This document shows positions 43,282 through 52,840 of a stretch of 64,000 nt of DNA, one piece after another (position 1 is the first letter of the stretch; each line of letters opens with the position of its first letter). The position numbers and the translations under genes were made by a program. Source of the DNA: a virus; IMG/VR virus record IMGVR_UViG_3300045988_066341. One strand, given 5' to 3'. The notes under the pieces are model-generated. The model made no database searches. It had not been told where the DNA came from and saw only the letters and a list, made by a program, of their open reading frames with translations.

Positions 43282-44232
43282 TTAAATTACAATAGTACTT
43301 ACCTCATAAGTATCATAATTAATTTTTATCTTACTCATTTTTGAAGAATTCGGATCAAAAAATACCAAATAAGCGGCATCATAAATATAACTTGCTATGA
43401 TATATGAATTAAAAGCCGCCGTAAAACCGGAGCCAGATATCACTCGTGAAAGATACATATGATAATTATTTAGAATATAACTTTTTATATCATCATATTT
43501 TGATTTGGTTATAGATGATACTATATCAATAGTGCCAGGTTCTAATAGATAACTTGATATGTCTATACCTCTTATATCATGATATAACCCATTATCCATC
43601 AATGCTTTATTCCCAGTCCCTTTCAACTTAAGATGAAGCTGATTATCAAAATTTATATTATCTTCTGTATTCCCAAAAGACCTTACAATAACTATCTCAG
43701 TGTTATCTGATGATGCTATATTTAAAGAAGAATTAATATATTCAACATTCAAATTAGGGTAAACAGATATAGATATATCTGAAAATCCCATATTAAGGGA
43801 ATTATTTGAAGCGCTGATATAAATAGTGATACAATCATTCCTTTGATCATTAAAAACCATCAAATCATTAATATTCACGCCACCTAACGCTTCTACAAAA
43901 GAATTGTTAGGTCTTATCATCCTGACATTGGACGTAGAACTACCATCAAACAACGACTTTATAGTATTATATTGAGATTGAGGCAAAGTAGTAGATTGAT
44001 CTCCTACAAGCTGTAAGATGATAGCTAAAAAAGCATCCTCATCATCACTTTTAGCTACTGCGTCCTTTCACGTACCATCACCACAAAGGAACCTACCCTC
44101 ATCCCCCTTAGCAGGAGCCGGCACCAATCCCGCAGCGCCAGCCCCGGACGCCGTGGCGCCAACCATATCCTTGACCTTATCAAGTCTACTGTCTATTTGA
44201 TTACCATCGTACTTACCAATAAAATCCTCCAT
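43282..44232 (-). CDS. second tail-fibre paralogue (316 codons) interrupted by an in-frame TGA at 44068-44070
   Basis: MEDFIGKYDGNQI..LDK.. AGLVPAPAKGDEGRFLCGDGT-TGA-KDAV.. continues in the same frame into track ORF 43282-43986. Confidence 0.65.
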
Positions 44233-44267
44233 ATCGTTTTAATATACAAGGGAGAGGCGGCAAAATA

Positions 44268-44276
44268 CCCCCCCCC
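44268..44276. repeat. C9 homopolymer (G9 on the coding strand)
   Basis: 14 nt after the stop at 44291 and 35 nt before ATG 44232. Confidence 0.9.
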
Positions 44277-44290
44277 TATATGTTAATAAA

Positions 44291-47200
44291 TCAATAAACT
44301 TTCTCCTCATTGCTAAACCAACGAACTATCATCTTGAACCGACTCTCAATGTCATTCACGAACCTAGCCAAGAACCAATCGCCACGAAGACGATCACGCC
44401 ACCTCCGGTGATAATCGACGGCCCTAGGGTCGATCTTCCGGTCAATATCATTCACGTCCTTGATCCATACCGGGAGGTTATTAGTATCGTCTTTGACCTC
44501 GTTAAAATAGTCATTTATATTTATCTTCTGATCAACCTCCGTCACCAGTATCTCACGGCTATCGTCATTGGTTACAGGATACCTTAACCGCTGGCTCATA
44601 TCGTTCTTGTCGGCGATAACCATCCGAAGTTCACCGCTGTTGTTCGTATCATTATAAAACCATGCCTTATTGAATCCAGTAGTCCTAAGAATTTGGTAAT
44701 TAACCTCATCCTGATATCTTCTGGCATCCATCCGATATTGGTAGTTGGTGAGGATCTTATTCACGTACTGCTCACGTACCGGAACCTCTATAACAAACGG
44801 ATATAGCTTACCATAAAATACTTGATACGATTGGTTGGTCAATCCATGAGACCATAACCCTATCTCCTGACTTTCACTTGAGTAGTTCTTTCCAGACTGG
44901 AAATAATGCTGGTGCTCGATATAATAATCAGGGGTGTAGGATAAATATGATTTCCACTCACCCTTCAGGCAGTTATATCCAACGGTGAACGAGACGTCCG
45001 TGAAATGGCTGGCGTCCTGTAGCTCCACCGCCTGCCCGTTCCTGTAGAACCGGCCGCCACGGAATTGGTACTCGCTCGGATTCCCTACCGGTATATAATC
45101 TTTCTTGGTTATCAGAACCCTCTTAAACCTATTATCCCAACCCATGGACAACCCTATACCAAAAAACTTGTTATCAATATCATAATAAGACAACTCAGCG
45201 TCCGTATCAGCGTTATATATCCGGCTACGGATGATCTTCATCTGAAGATGCTCATTAAACCAGTTTCTAAGCCCCGGTGTGACCTCCGTAAGATTCCTAC
45301 CATTAGAATCTACCTTAAACACCTGACCACGCCTTAAATCGACCCAAAAATGCCCAAACTCGCAACTGATCATATCCCGGCTCTGGGTCCCGGAATATCC
45401 TAACGTCGTATTATTATACTCGATACCACGAGAGGCGAAAAGACCACCTGTCCCTAGCTCGCTACTCTCCGGGGATATTCTCTCCGCCAACACGTCTATG
45501 GCATTGTACAACCCTACCTGATTCTCAAAACGAGCCAGTATCTGATCCGACTCTATCCCTTTCATGCTTATAAGTTTCCCGAAAGATGTCTTGAACTCAT
45601 GGTAATCCATAGGCTTGTACGACAGCCAAGGATCGGTCATGCCGTTCTCCGACACGTCGGCGGTGCTCCATATGACGCCGTTGGGTCTTTGGTAAGCGCA
45701 GTCCCAAAAATTGCTATCATACGTCTCTGGTAATGACCTGCCACCTAACGTAAATCGATTCTTATACACAGGACTTATCTTAAACACATTATCCCTTGAT
45801 ATAGGGACATTACGCTCCTGAGTCCATGATATATAATCCCCCACCTCCGGATAGAACCCCTCGTAAGGCTCAGGTCCGGCTATACGGAAATTGCAATTGA
45901 TCTCAGACTCCACAAGAAACTGAGGTATGCCATAGAAGTATAGGAAGAAACGACCGCTAAGATACATATCTCCGGTCTTGCAAACCATCTCATAAGCGCT
46001 CTTCCGGCTAGGGAAAGAGTATAGCGATCCGGTATCCGTATCGGTCTTATTAAGATAATCCTCCCCGGTGTCGTAATTAACAAAATAACGGGGATACCCG
46101 ATGTTCCGATAATCATAATAAGGGAATGGTATCATGTCCCCCTGACCAAACTGAGTCAAGTAAAACATAGGCATCTTCCTCTTAAGTGAGAATCTTGATA
46201 TAAATACATCACCTCCAAAAACAGGTTTACGCTTATCCTTATCCATCAACCCGCAACCACCTAACGATACCCACCTGATATCCTCTATCTGTCCGTATTG
46301 AGCCGGAGAATATTTCTTTATCCTCATATAGGGGCAGGATACGAAAGATTCACGTGTCATAAAATGAGGCGTCATACCAGCCACCTCATCGTTACGAATA
46401 TTACACTCATCCTGAATACGGCTGGTATCGTAACTTGAAACCAACTCCGGATATTCAAGCATATATTTATCCATACCAAATGACATGAATAACGAGTGCT
46501 CACGATCGAGGTTGTTTATGATAATAGGCTTACCGCCTACGGTCTCCCCTTGCGAAGAGATATCTGTTACCGGATATAACCCGCTCTTGATATATTTAGC
46601 CGTTGACAATCCACGTAACTCTGACTCCCCTATTTTTTGGTAAAATAAATTATAATGAGCGACAGAAGTATAATAATAAGCATAGTTCCGTCTAGGTCCC
46701 CTATCTATCAATGCCGTTAACCACTGATACCTGTACTTGCCTATATCCACCACGGACTGGGCTGTGGCCTTGGCGATACCCGTAGCCAGACGGATAGCCG
46801 TCAGCGCTATGCCGACAGGGTTGGCTAAAAAGAACACGCCTCCACCGACATATTGCTGTGAAGCCGACTGATATGTATACTCAGCTATAGCGGATATTAA
46901 ATTAGCCATAGCCTCCACCGTAGCCAATGATGTTGCCATACTGTAAGCCTTACTCCCTAATATCGTCCATTTAGGGTGATCCTCCACTTCCCTGAATATA
47001 CCGGAGGATTTACCTAATTGATAACCATCAACAAGGCACTCGGTGGGAGCGTCAGGCTTGTTAAAGGCAATATCAGGGCTTAAGAATGAATACCAGATAT
47101 TACCCCTCCTGTTAAACGGATGCGTTATAAATTTCTCACGATTAATATCCTTATAGATATACATATCATCAGACAAATCGTTGTAAGGGTAATTAGGATA

Positions 47201-50200
47201 AAGGTTAGCCGATCCGTCGGGATCATCGTACTTAAACATATCATAAGCCAGACCAGTTCCGATAACGCTCTTATCCAACGTCCTATCGCCCCTATACAAC
47301 TCATATCCTATTATAGAATCTCTTCTAACCTTATCTATAAGACCGTTCTCTACCGCTATATCCAGAAACTCATTAACGATATCGTCATCAAGCATCACCC
47401 CCATAGGATAAATATAGGAGTCAACTCCATATTGACCGGTCAGTTGAGACGGATTACCCATAAAAGGAGCGACAGAGTTATCCGGGAACTTGTAATGACG
47501 TATAGGTCTCTGACAAAACGTGGTTGACGTATTTGGGTACTCAGCGTTACCCCCATTACCGGTGAAATAAGACTTACCCCCAACTGATTTAGGAGACCCA
47601 TAGTATTTCATCAAAGAATCTATTATGTCCTTCCTCTTTGATCCTCCCGATGATATCCCGATCTTACTTGAATCATACAACTCAAAATTAGCCGGATACT
47701 TATTGGTAGACTCCCAATATCCGAAATCACCGTACTGATATGGTCTGGGAGCGCAGTCAGCGGGTTTATCCCCACATGAGATACATTTCGCCTCATAGGT
47801 AACGAATCTCCTTAATTTCAATTCTTTTGTGAAGAAGAATACGTATTTCACCTCCAGTGGCCGAATGCCAAAACAGAACGGGGCAGGGAAGATGGCGGTG
47901 CCGGCCGTATAGAATCCGGCAAGCTCCTTCATGTCCTGCCTCATGGCGAAACCGGTGAAGAACACGCATACCGCAGGCTCGATGCAAACATATATCTTAT
48001 GGAAAGTAGTCTTGTCATCATTCCAGAACAAGTACTTTGGCATCATAAATATCTTATGATCCACGTAATTCACTATAACACCTTTCTTGGCATCATTAGC
48101 CAAAGGATTAGGAGCCACGGTACCTTCCTTGTCCGAGAAAAACGTTATACGAACCTTATTGTATGATGACGAGTCGCCGATCGGATAATTATAGTTACCC
48201 ATCATCTCTATATACATAATACCGTTATCAGGATCGGATAAACCACTTATGTATTTCTCGTAATCCAACTCCACCCATCTGGCGTATGAGGATACATGTG
48301 GATAGAACTTGAAATAAGTCAAGTTGCTTCTACCGAACCAATTGGTCTTGGCGTCAATATCATTCTGCATAGACACACGACCTTCCCAGTCAGTAGTTAT
48401 ACCGGTATTAAACTTAGAATTATCACCATCGCCAAAAAGACACATGGCGTTCTCGATACCAAACTGACTCTCATATTGGGGGAAATAAGCCTCCATCGTA
48501 TCCATTAACTGATCAAGCATCGTCTCCGTATGCTTCTTTCCTTCCCATCCGGGATATTGATACAAATATGTGCACTTACCCAATGACCTACCCCCTTGGA
48601 ATGTAGGAAGTTGAACATCGTTAATAGTAGGATTCACGTGAGGATCACCTACCGAACACCCATTAGTACATATACCCTCATCATATAACTGCCGGACATT
48701 AGACATATCCTGACACAAGACCAAGGCGGAGGAGTCTATATCAGACGGGAATTTATCCTCATCCTGACCATCCAACCATTCCTGAACCAGATCTATGATA
48801 TTCTTACCTCCACTGGAGTAATTATCGAAATCACACAATACAGAAAACTTCCTTTGAGACTCGGCGTTACTTTGTATTAATGTCGTAGGTTCGGTCTCCA
48901 CGTAATCACTAGCCAGCTTATACGTAAAATCAATCCTAGAATCTACCAAAGAGTTTTTATCCAATATAGTCCTGGTCTCTATTCTCTCGATATTATCACA
49001 TCCACTAGGGAAATCAGGAGCCTTTATACCATCTTGATCTTCCGGCAACGATATAGCCGCACATAACTCATCAGTAATGCCTACATTGGATTCTATAAGA
49101 TCACACAGATTCTCTATATTGTCAGCGATATAATCAATAACATCATCTACCGTAACATCTTCCCCCATCGTGTTGATAACGAATTGGGTCTCTCCTACCG
49201 TGGCATATTCCTGCTCTACATACCTGAGTTGCTTGACATCTAGCTGATTCTTGCATTCTCCTCCAAAATCATCAAATCCCCAAGACGGATCGTTTATAAT
49301 CTTTGCCGTATTCTTAAACTGCCAAAGATGACGGCGGCTGTTCCCGGCGCACTGCGGGTTGTTCTCCAGCACCGAAGCAGCCGACAGGTCGTCAGAGTTA
49401 CCGTCCTCATCAACGATAACCTCCATCTCCTCCCTTGTGGCCGGACGAGGGATAAGCGGGAATCTAGCCGTCCTGTATCCTGTATTGGTAAAGAATCTTA
49501 TACCCAACGGATATACCTCGTCACGCATGAAAGAGGCGTATTTAGAGCAAGCCACACCGTCTTTATACAAATTCTCCGTGGCTATAGATGTCTGCCATTT
49601 AACGAAATGACCCAAGAAGTTAACGACCGGTTGAAGATTCCATTCGTTCTCCACGGTCAAGCCGTATTGAAGAAGACGATTCCCGACAGACGTCATGCCT
49701 CTGGCTGTCTTATATACCGGTATTTCCTTGGATAACTTCTCCATGGTCGTACGCTCGCTATACTGATCCGTAAGGTAATAGATGGTCCTTTCCGTTATCG
49801 GATGTATACCTTCTATGAAATACTCAAGAACCGGGCTTTGCTCACCATTAAACCCAACCGTGTTCTGTATAACACCTATCTTATAATGAGATACCTGCTT
49901 GTCTATATTGGATACAGTAAGGCGGATACCCATATTGGTTGACTTACCCCATAAACCATCACGGATAACCATATCTTGGCGATCGAATAACATGATTGGG
50001 TTGGTCAATGAGCAATATCCGGTCTTCTCTATCCCGAACTCATCGCACAACGCCACGCAGAACTGGTAGGTCCCGGCACGCAAGCTCCCCCCGAACTCCA
50101 CGACCTCGGGCTCCACGCACGGGACCGTCAGCAACGGGAACACCAGCAGCTTCTCGCAGGCCAGCCTACACCTCTCTATTGGCTTGTCATCCCCACATGT

Positions 50201-50809
50201 CTTATACCCATGGTAATGATACCAAAAATCACCATCATCATCCGGATTAAGAGCCTTATCGACCATAACATATCGCTGGGGATTATATCCATCGGTCCAG
50301 TATATCACCTTCCCGCATTTCTCGTCCTTGATCTCTATATCGAAGATCGGATGATGAATGGAGAAATTAAGACAAGGGTCATCAACCCAGTCCTCTATCA
50401 GGATCTCCATCAAATCACATATCTCATCAAAACGACCATCCGACTCCTCAAGCCTCTCGCCAAGGATACGATGGATGTCCTTTCCCGATCCAGCCAATTG
50501 ATCCTCCACGGTCTTGATATAATCCAATGACCGCATGAACGTGATCTTAGACGTATTATCATCCGGATTGGATAGAAAGAAATAAGTGTTATCACCAGCT
50601 ATGTCATTCTTATACCCAATAACCTTATAGCCATCAAATCGCTTACATAAAAGGGTACTAGGCTCGTTCTGGATCTTAAGCTGGCTTCCATCGTCACCCT
50701 CTATGGTAGCGTTCAAGGCGAAACTATATTCAGACGGGGATAGATCCTGTGGATGCTTATCCCTGTTCATCCCGGAGTCGGGAACCGCTATGTTAGAGTT
50801 ATTTTGCAC
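44291..50809 (-). CDS. giant Cys/Trp/Tyr-rich virion-module protein, ~2172 aa, function unknown
   Basis: Uninterrupted ORF. GTG 50809 lies 17 nt after the -7 box (alternative ATG 50770); the track start 50854 lies upstream of the promoter. Confidence 0.8.
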   Translation of the reverse strand: MQNNSNIAVPDSGMNRDKHPQDLSPSEYSFALNATIEGDDGSQLKIQNEPSTLLCKRFDGYKVIGYKNDIAGDNTYFFLSNPDDNTSKITFMRSLDYIKTVEDQLAGSGKDIHRILGERLEESDGRFDEICDLMEILIEDWVDDPCLNFSIHHPIFDIEIKDEKCGKVIYWTDGYNPQRYVMVDKALNPDDDGDFWYHYHGYKTCGDDKPIERCRLACEKLLVFPLLTVPCVEPEVVEFGGSLRAGTYQFCVALCDEFGIEKTGYCSLTNPIMLFDRQDMVIRDGLWGKSTNMGIRLTVSNIDKQVSHYKIGVIQNTVGFNGEQSPVLEYFIEGIHPITERTIYYLTDQYSERTTMEKLSKEIPVYKTARGMTSVGNRLLQYGLTVENEWNLQPVVNFLGHFVKWQTSIATENLYKDGVACSKYASFMRDEVYPLGIRFFTNTGYRTARFPLIPRPATREEMEVIVDEDGNSDDLSAASVLENNPQCAGNSRRHLWQFKNTAKIINDPSWGFDDFGGECKNQLDVKQLRYVEQEYATVGETQFVINTMGEDVTVDDVIDYIADNIENLCDLIESNVGITDELCAAISLPEDQDGIKAPDFPSGCDNIERIETRTILDKNSLVDSRIDFTYKLASDYVETEPTTLIQSNAESQRKFSVLCDFDNYSSGGKNIIDLVQEWLDGQDEDKFPSDIDSSALVLCQDMSNVRQLYDEGICTNGCSVGDPHVNPTINDVQLPTFQGGRSLGKCTYLYQYPGWEGKKHTETMLDQLMDTMEAYFPQYESQFGIENAMCLFGDGDNSKFNTGITTDWEGRVSMQNDIDAKTNWFGRSNLTYFKFYPHVSSYARWVELDYEKYISGLSDPDNGIMYIEMMGNYNYPIGDSSSYNKVRITFFSDKEGTVAPNPLANDAKKGVIVNYVDHKIFMMPKYLFWNDDKTTFHKIYVCIEPAVCVFFTGFAMRQDMKELAGFYTAGTAIFPAPFCFGIRPLEVKYVFFFTKELKLRRFVTYEAKCISCGDKPADCAPRPYQYGDFGYWESTNKYPANFELYDSSKIGISSGGSKRKDIIDSLMKYYGSPKSVGGKSYFTGNGGNAEYPNTSTTFCQRPIRHYKFPDNSVAPFMGNPSQLTGQYGVDSYIYPMGVMLDDDIVNEFLDIAVENGLIDKVRRDSIIGYELYRGDRTLDKSVIGTGLAYDMFKYDDPDGSANLYPNYPYNDLSDDMYIYKDINREKFITHPFNRRGNIWYSFLSPDIAFNKPDAPTECLVDGYQLGKSSGIFREVEDHPKWTILGSKAYSMATSLATVEAMANLISAIAEYTYQSASQQYVGGGVFFLANPVGIALTAIRLATGIAKATAQSVVDIGKYRYQWLTALIDRGPRRNYAYYYTSVAHYNLFYQKIGESELRGLSTAKYIKSGLYPVTDISSQGETVGGKPIIINNLDREHSLFMSFGMDKYMLEYPELVSSYDTSRIQDECNIRNDEVAGMTPHFMTRESFVSCPYMRIKKYSPAQYGQIEDIRWVSLGGCGLMDKDKRKPVFGGDVFISRFSLKRKMPMFYLTQFGQGDMIPFPYYDYRNIGYPRYFVNYDTGEDYLNKTDTDTGSLYSFPSRKSAYEMVCKTGDMYLSGRFFLYFYGIPQFLVESEINCNFRIAGPEPYEGFYPEVGDYISWTQERNVPISRDNVFKISPVYKNRFTLGGRSLPETYDSNFWDCAYQRPNGVIWSTADVSENGMTDPWLSYKPMDYHEFKTSFGKLISMKGIESDQILARFENQVGLYNAIDVLAERISPESSELGTGGLFASRGIEYNNTTLGYSGTQSRDMISCEFGHFWVDLRRGQVFKVDSNGRNLTEVTPGLRNWFNEHLQMKIIRSRIYNADTDAELSYYDIDNKFFGIGLSMGWDNRFKRVLITKKDYIPVGNPSEYQFRGGRFYRNGQAVELQDASHFTDVSFTVGYNCLKGEWKSYLSYTPDYYIEHQHYFQSGKNYSSESQEIGLWSHGLTNQSYQVFYGKLYPFVIEVPVREQYVNKILTNYQYRMDARRYQDEVNYQILRTTGFNKAWFYNDTNNSGELRMVIADKNDMSQRLRYPVTNDDSREILVTEVDQKININDYFNEVKDDTNNLPVWIKDVNDIDRKIDPRAVDYHRRWRDRLRGDWFLARFVNDIESRFKMIVRWFSNEEKVY

Positions 50810-50825
50810 GACATTATCTTTTTCG

Positions 50826-50833
50826 CAAATATA
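50826..50833 (-). promoter_or_regulatory. -7 box TATATTTG, class A
   Basis: Followed by CGAAAAAG, as in other class A promoters. Confidence 0.55.
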
Positions 50834-52112
50834 ACAAATCCTGCGGATAATCACTTATGTGGCGGATTCTATTGACATACTCCCATCACTAAAGCAAATG
50901 GGATTCTTGGATACAGACGCAAGAAACCCCGATATTACTATCGCTGGAATTACTCTTGCTCTCCAATTCGGAAATGCCCTTCCGAAGTATATTACGGGCC
51001 GCAAGAACATCACGGTCGTTGATAGACTCGCATTTTGGACAACACCATGTGCGATCTCTCAACGACAAGTTTTTATTAACAAACCCGCATTCACAAGTCT
51101 TTGAGGAAGGATACCATTTGTCAATCTTATGTACTATCACTCCATACTTTGAAGCGATATACGTAAGTTTGTTAATAAAAGAAGAATGACTGAGATCAGA
51201 AACTTTCTTTCCCCACAAACGTTTCATTCCTTCAATGTTTAGATCTTCAATGAAAATATAATCATATCGCTTGCACAATTCATGAGCTAATTTCCATTGA
51301 AAATCAGATCGAAAATCGTTTATTTTACGATACGCTTGTTGAAGTTCAAACAGTCTTCTTTTTCTATTATTGGATCCTTTCTTCGCATTAGAAAACTTTC
51401 TATTTAGTTTTCTAATCTTGTTTTGATATTGCTTGAAGAATAATGGAGACCCAATTTTGTTACCATCACTTTTAGTTAGGTAAGTTTTCAGACCAAAATC
51501 CAATCCTACAGATGCACCATCATATGTCTTTCTGTAAGAGTTTGCAGGATTGTAATCTGTAACTATAATCAAACTAAAACGATAGCAGGTTTCTCTGACT
51601 ATTCTTATTTGTTTAACATTACCTTCATATGCTCTACTGTATGAAAACTTAAAACGTTTCTTTCCTTTGTTGATTGTGAGAATATTACCATTTAGAGTAA
51701 ACCCTCCTTGTTTAAAAACAAAAGAGTTGAAACAATCTGATCTTTTAAACTTAGGTGGTCTCTTTGATTTTCTTTTAAAGAAACGATTATAAGATTCATC
51801 AAGACGTTCAAGTATTTCTTGTGTTGTTTGAGAATGAAGAAGATTTCTTTTAATTCTTTTAGCAAAATGCTTCTTCATTTTACCAATTGAGATATATTTC
51901 CCAAACAGTTTATAGTATCTACGTTGTAGAGCTAAAGCATGATTCCATACAAAACAACATTCACGAAGCATTTTATCAAGATACTTCGTTTTCTTGGATC
52001 TGTATATATTATATTTGTAGGAAATCATTTTTTTATTTGTAATTTTGATTCAAAATTAATCAAACCAATTCATCCACCTTCTAAAGTATGGTGGTTTTGT
52101 TGGTTAAATAAT
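50834..52112 (-). mobile_element. solo-tnpB IS200/IS605-family (IS1341-like) element; ends approximate
   Basis: tnpB plus flanking hairpins (CCACC-N11-GGTGG at 52072-52092, TTGATT-N7-AATCAA). It is wedged between a phage terminator and a phage promoter and is visibly more AT-rich than the flanks. Confidence 0.5.
50889..52028 (-). CDS. tnpB: TnpB (OrfB_IS605) RuvC-like RNA-guided nuclease, 379 aa
   Basis: RuvC-I GLDFGLK, RuvC-II IFIEDLN, zinc finger CECG..CPKC, RuvC-III DRDVLAARNI. Confidence 0.9.
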   Translation of the reverse strand: MISYKYNIYRSKKTKYLDKMLRECCFVWNHALALQRRYYKLFGKYISIGKMKKHFAKRIKRNLLHSQTTQEILERLDESYNRFFKRKSKRPPKFKRSDCFNSFVFKQGGFTLNGNILTINKGKKRFKFSYSRAYEGNVKQIRIVRETCYRFSLIIVTDYNPANSYRKTYDGASVGLDFGLKTYLTKSDGNKIGSPLFFKQYQNKIRKLNRKFSNAKKGSNNRKRRLFELQQAYRKINDFRSDFQWKLAHELCKRYDYIFIEDLNIEGMKRLWGKKVSDLSHSSFINKLTYIASKYGVIVHKIDKWYPSSKTCECGFVNKNLSLRDRTWCCPKCESINDRDVLAARNILRKGISELESKSNSSDSNIGVSCVCIQESHLL

Positions 52113-52114
52113 CA

Positions 52115-52148
52115 TAAAAAATCCTCCAGACTTTCACAAGTCAGGAGG
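52115..52148 (-). terminator. intrinsic terminator with a GUGA tetraloop
   Basis: CCUCCUGACUU-GUGA-AAGUCUGGAGG-AUUUUUUA on the - strand. Confidence 0.7.
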
Positions 52149-52196
52149 AGAACTAAATACTTTTAAACGCTCGTGTAAAGTACAAAAACACAACAA

Positions 52197-52697
52197 TTAC
52201 AAATTTTTACCCATGTAGTTCGATTGCTTATCGGCATCCTCTACAGATATGTAAAAGAAACCGTTAGTCACGTATCTCTCATTGACATCCACAAAATCAG
52301 TAGATCCTTTGTCCACTCCTTTCTTCGATCCCTCATCACACACAGCTACCAGACTATTAAAGTCATTGGAATAACCAACGACAACACCATGTATGTCACG
52401 ATTCCGAGGATCGAATACGTACCTCATCTTACATCTGTCATAAGCTAACTCTAAAGAGCTTTTGCTTAACCTCTCATCTAATCCAGCACCCGCTACCAAG
52501 GCCAAAACGCTCTTTGATATGTCACTCATGGTGGTATCCTTGGTCGGAGCCTTAGGCATAGAAACGCCTTCCATGACAAAATCCAACGCCTTATCTACAA
52601 GACCATCGAAATCATCATCTCTTATATAATCCTTAAGTACCTCCAGTATATATAACCGGACATGGAGTTCGTTATTTACATCATTCAATGTGACCAT
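52197..52697 (-). CDS. hypothetical protein, 166 aa
   Basis: ATG 52697 lies 16 nt after a -7 box; the track start 52736 is upstream of it. Confidence 0.55.
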   Translation of the reverse strand: MVTLNDVNNELHVRLYILEVLKDYIRDDDFDGLVDKALDFVMEGVSMPKAPTKDTTMSDISKSVLALVAGAGLDERLSKSSLELAYDRCKMRYVFDPRNRDIHGVVVGYSNDFNSLVAVCDEGSKKGVDKGSTDFVDVNERYVTNGFFYISVEDADKQSNYMGKNL

Positions 52698-52712
52698 AAT
52701 ACTAGTTTTCGG

Positions 52713-52720
52713 CAAAGCTA
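52713..52720 (-). promoter_or_regulatory. -7 box TAGCTTTG, class A
   Basis: Followed by CCGAAAAC. Confidence 0.5.
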
Positions 52721-52768
52721 GATTATTCCTGCGCAATAAAAGATCAAATATGTCATAAGTAAAGGACT

Positions 52769-52808
52769 AAAAAACAAAAAAACTCCCCCATCCTCACGGA
52801 CGAGAGAG
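52769..52808 (-). terminator. intrinsic terminator with a GUGA tetraloop
   Basis: CUCUCGUCC-GUGA-GGAUGGGGG followed by AGUUUUUUUGUUUUUU on the - strand. Confidence 0.75.
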
Positions 52809-52840
52809 CTGATAGATATTTGTATTATGAAAAAGAATAA

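Noticed and set aside
44291-50854. Calling the ~2172-aa protein a crAss-like virion RNA polymerase, and the phage crAss-like
   Set aside because: Size and context are suggestive. However, I cannot identify a convincing DxDGD-type metal-binding motif or any other diagnostic signature by eye, and no capsid, portal or terminase gene is in the window to place the phage.
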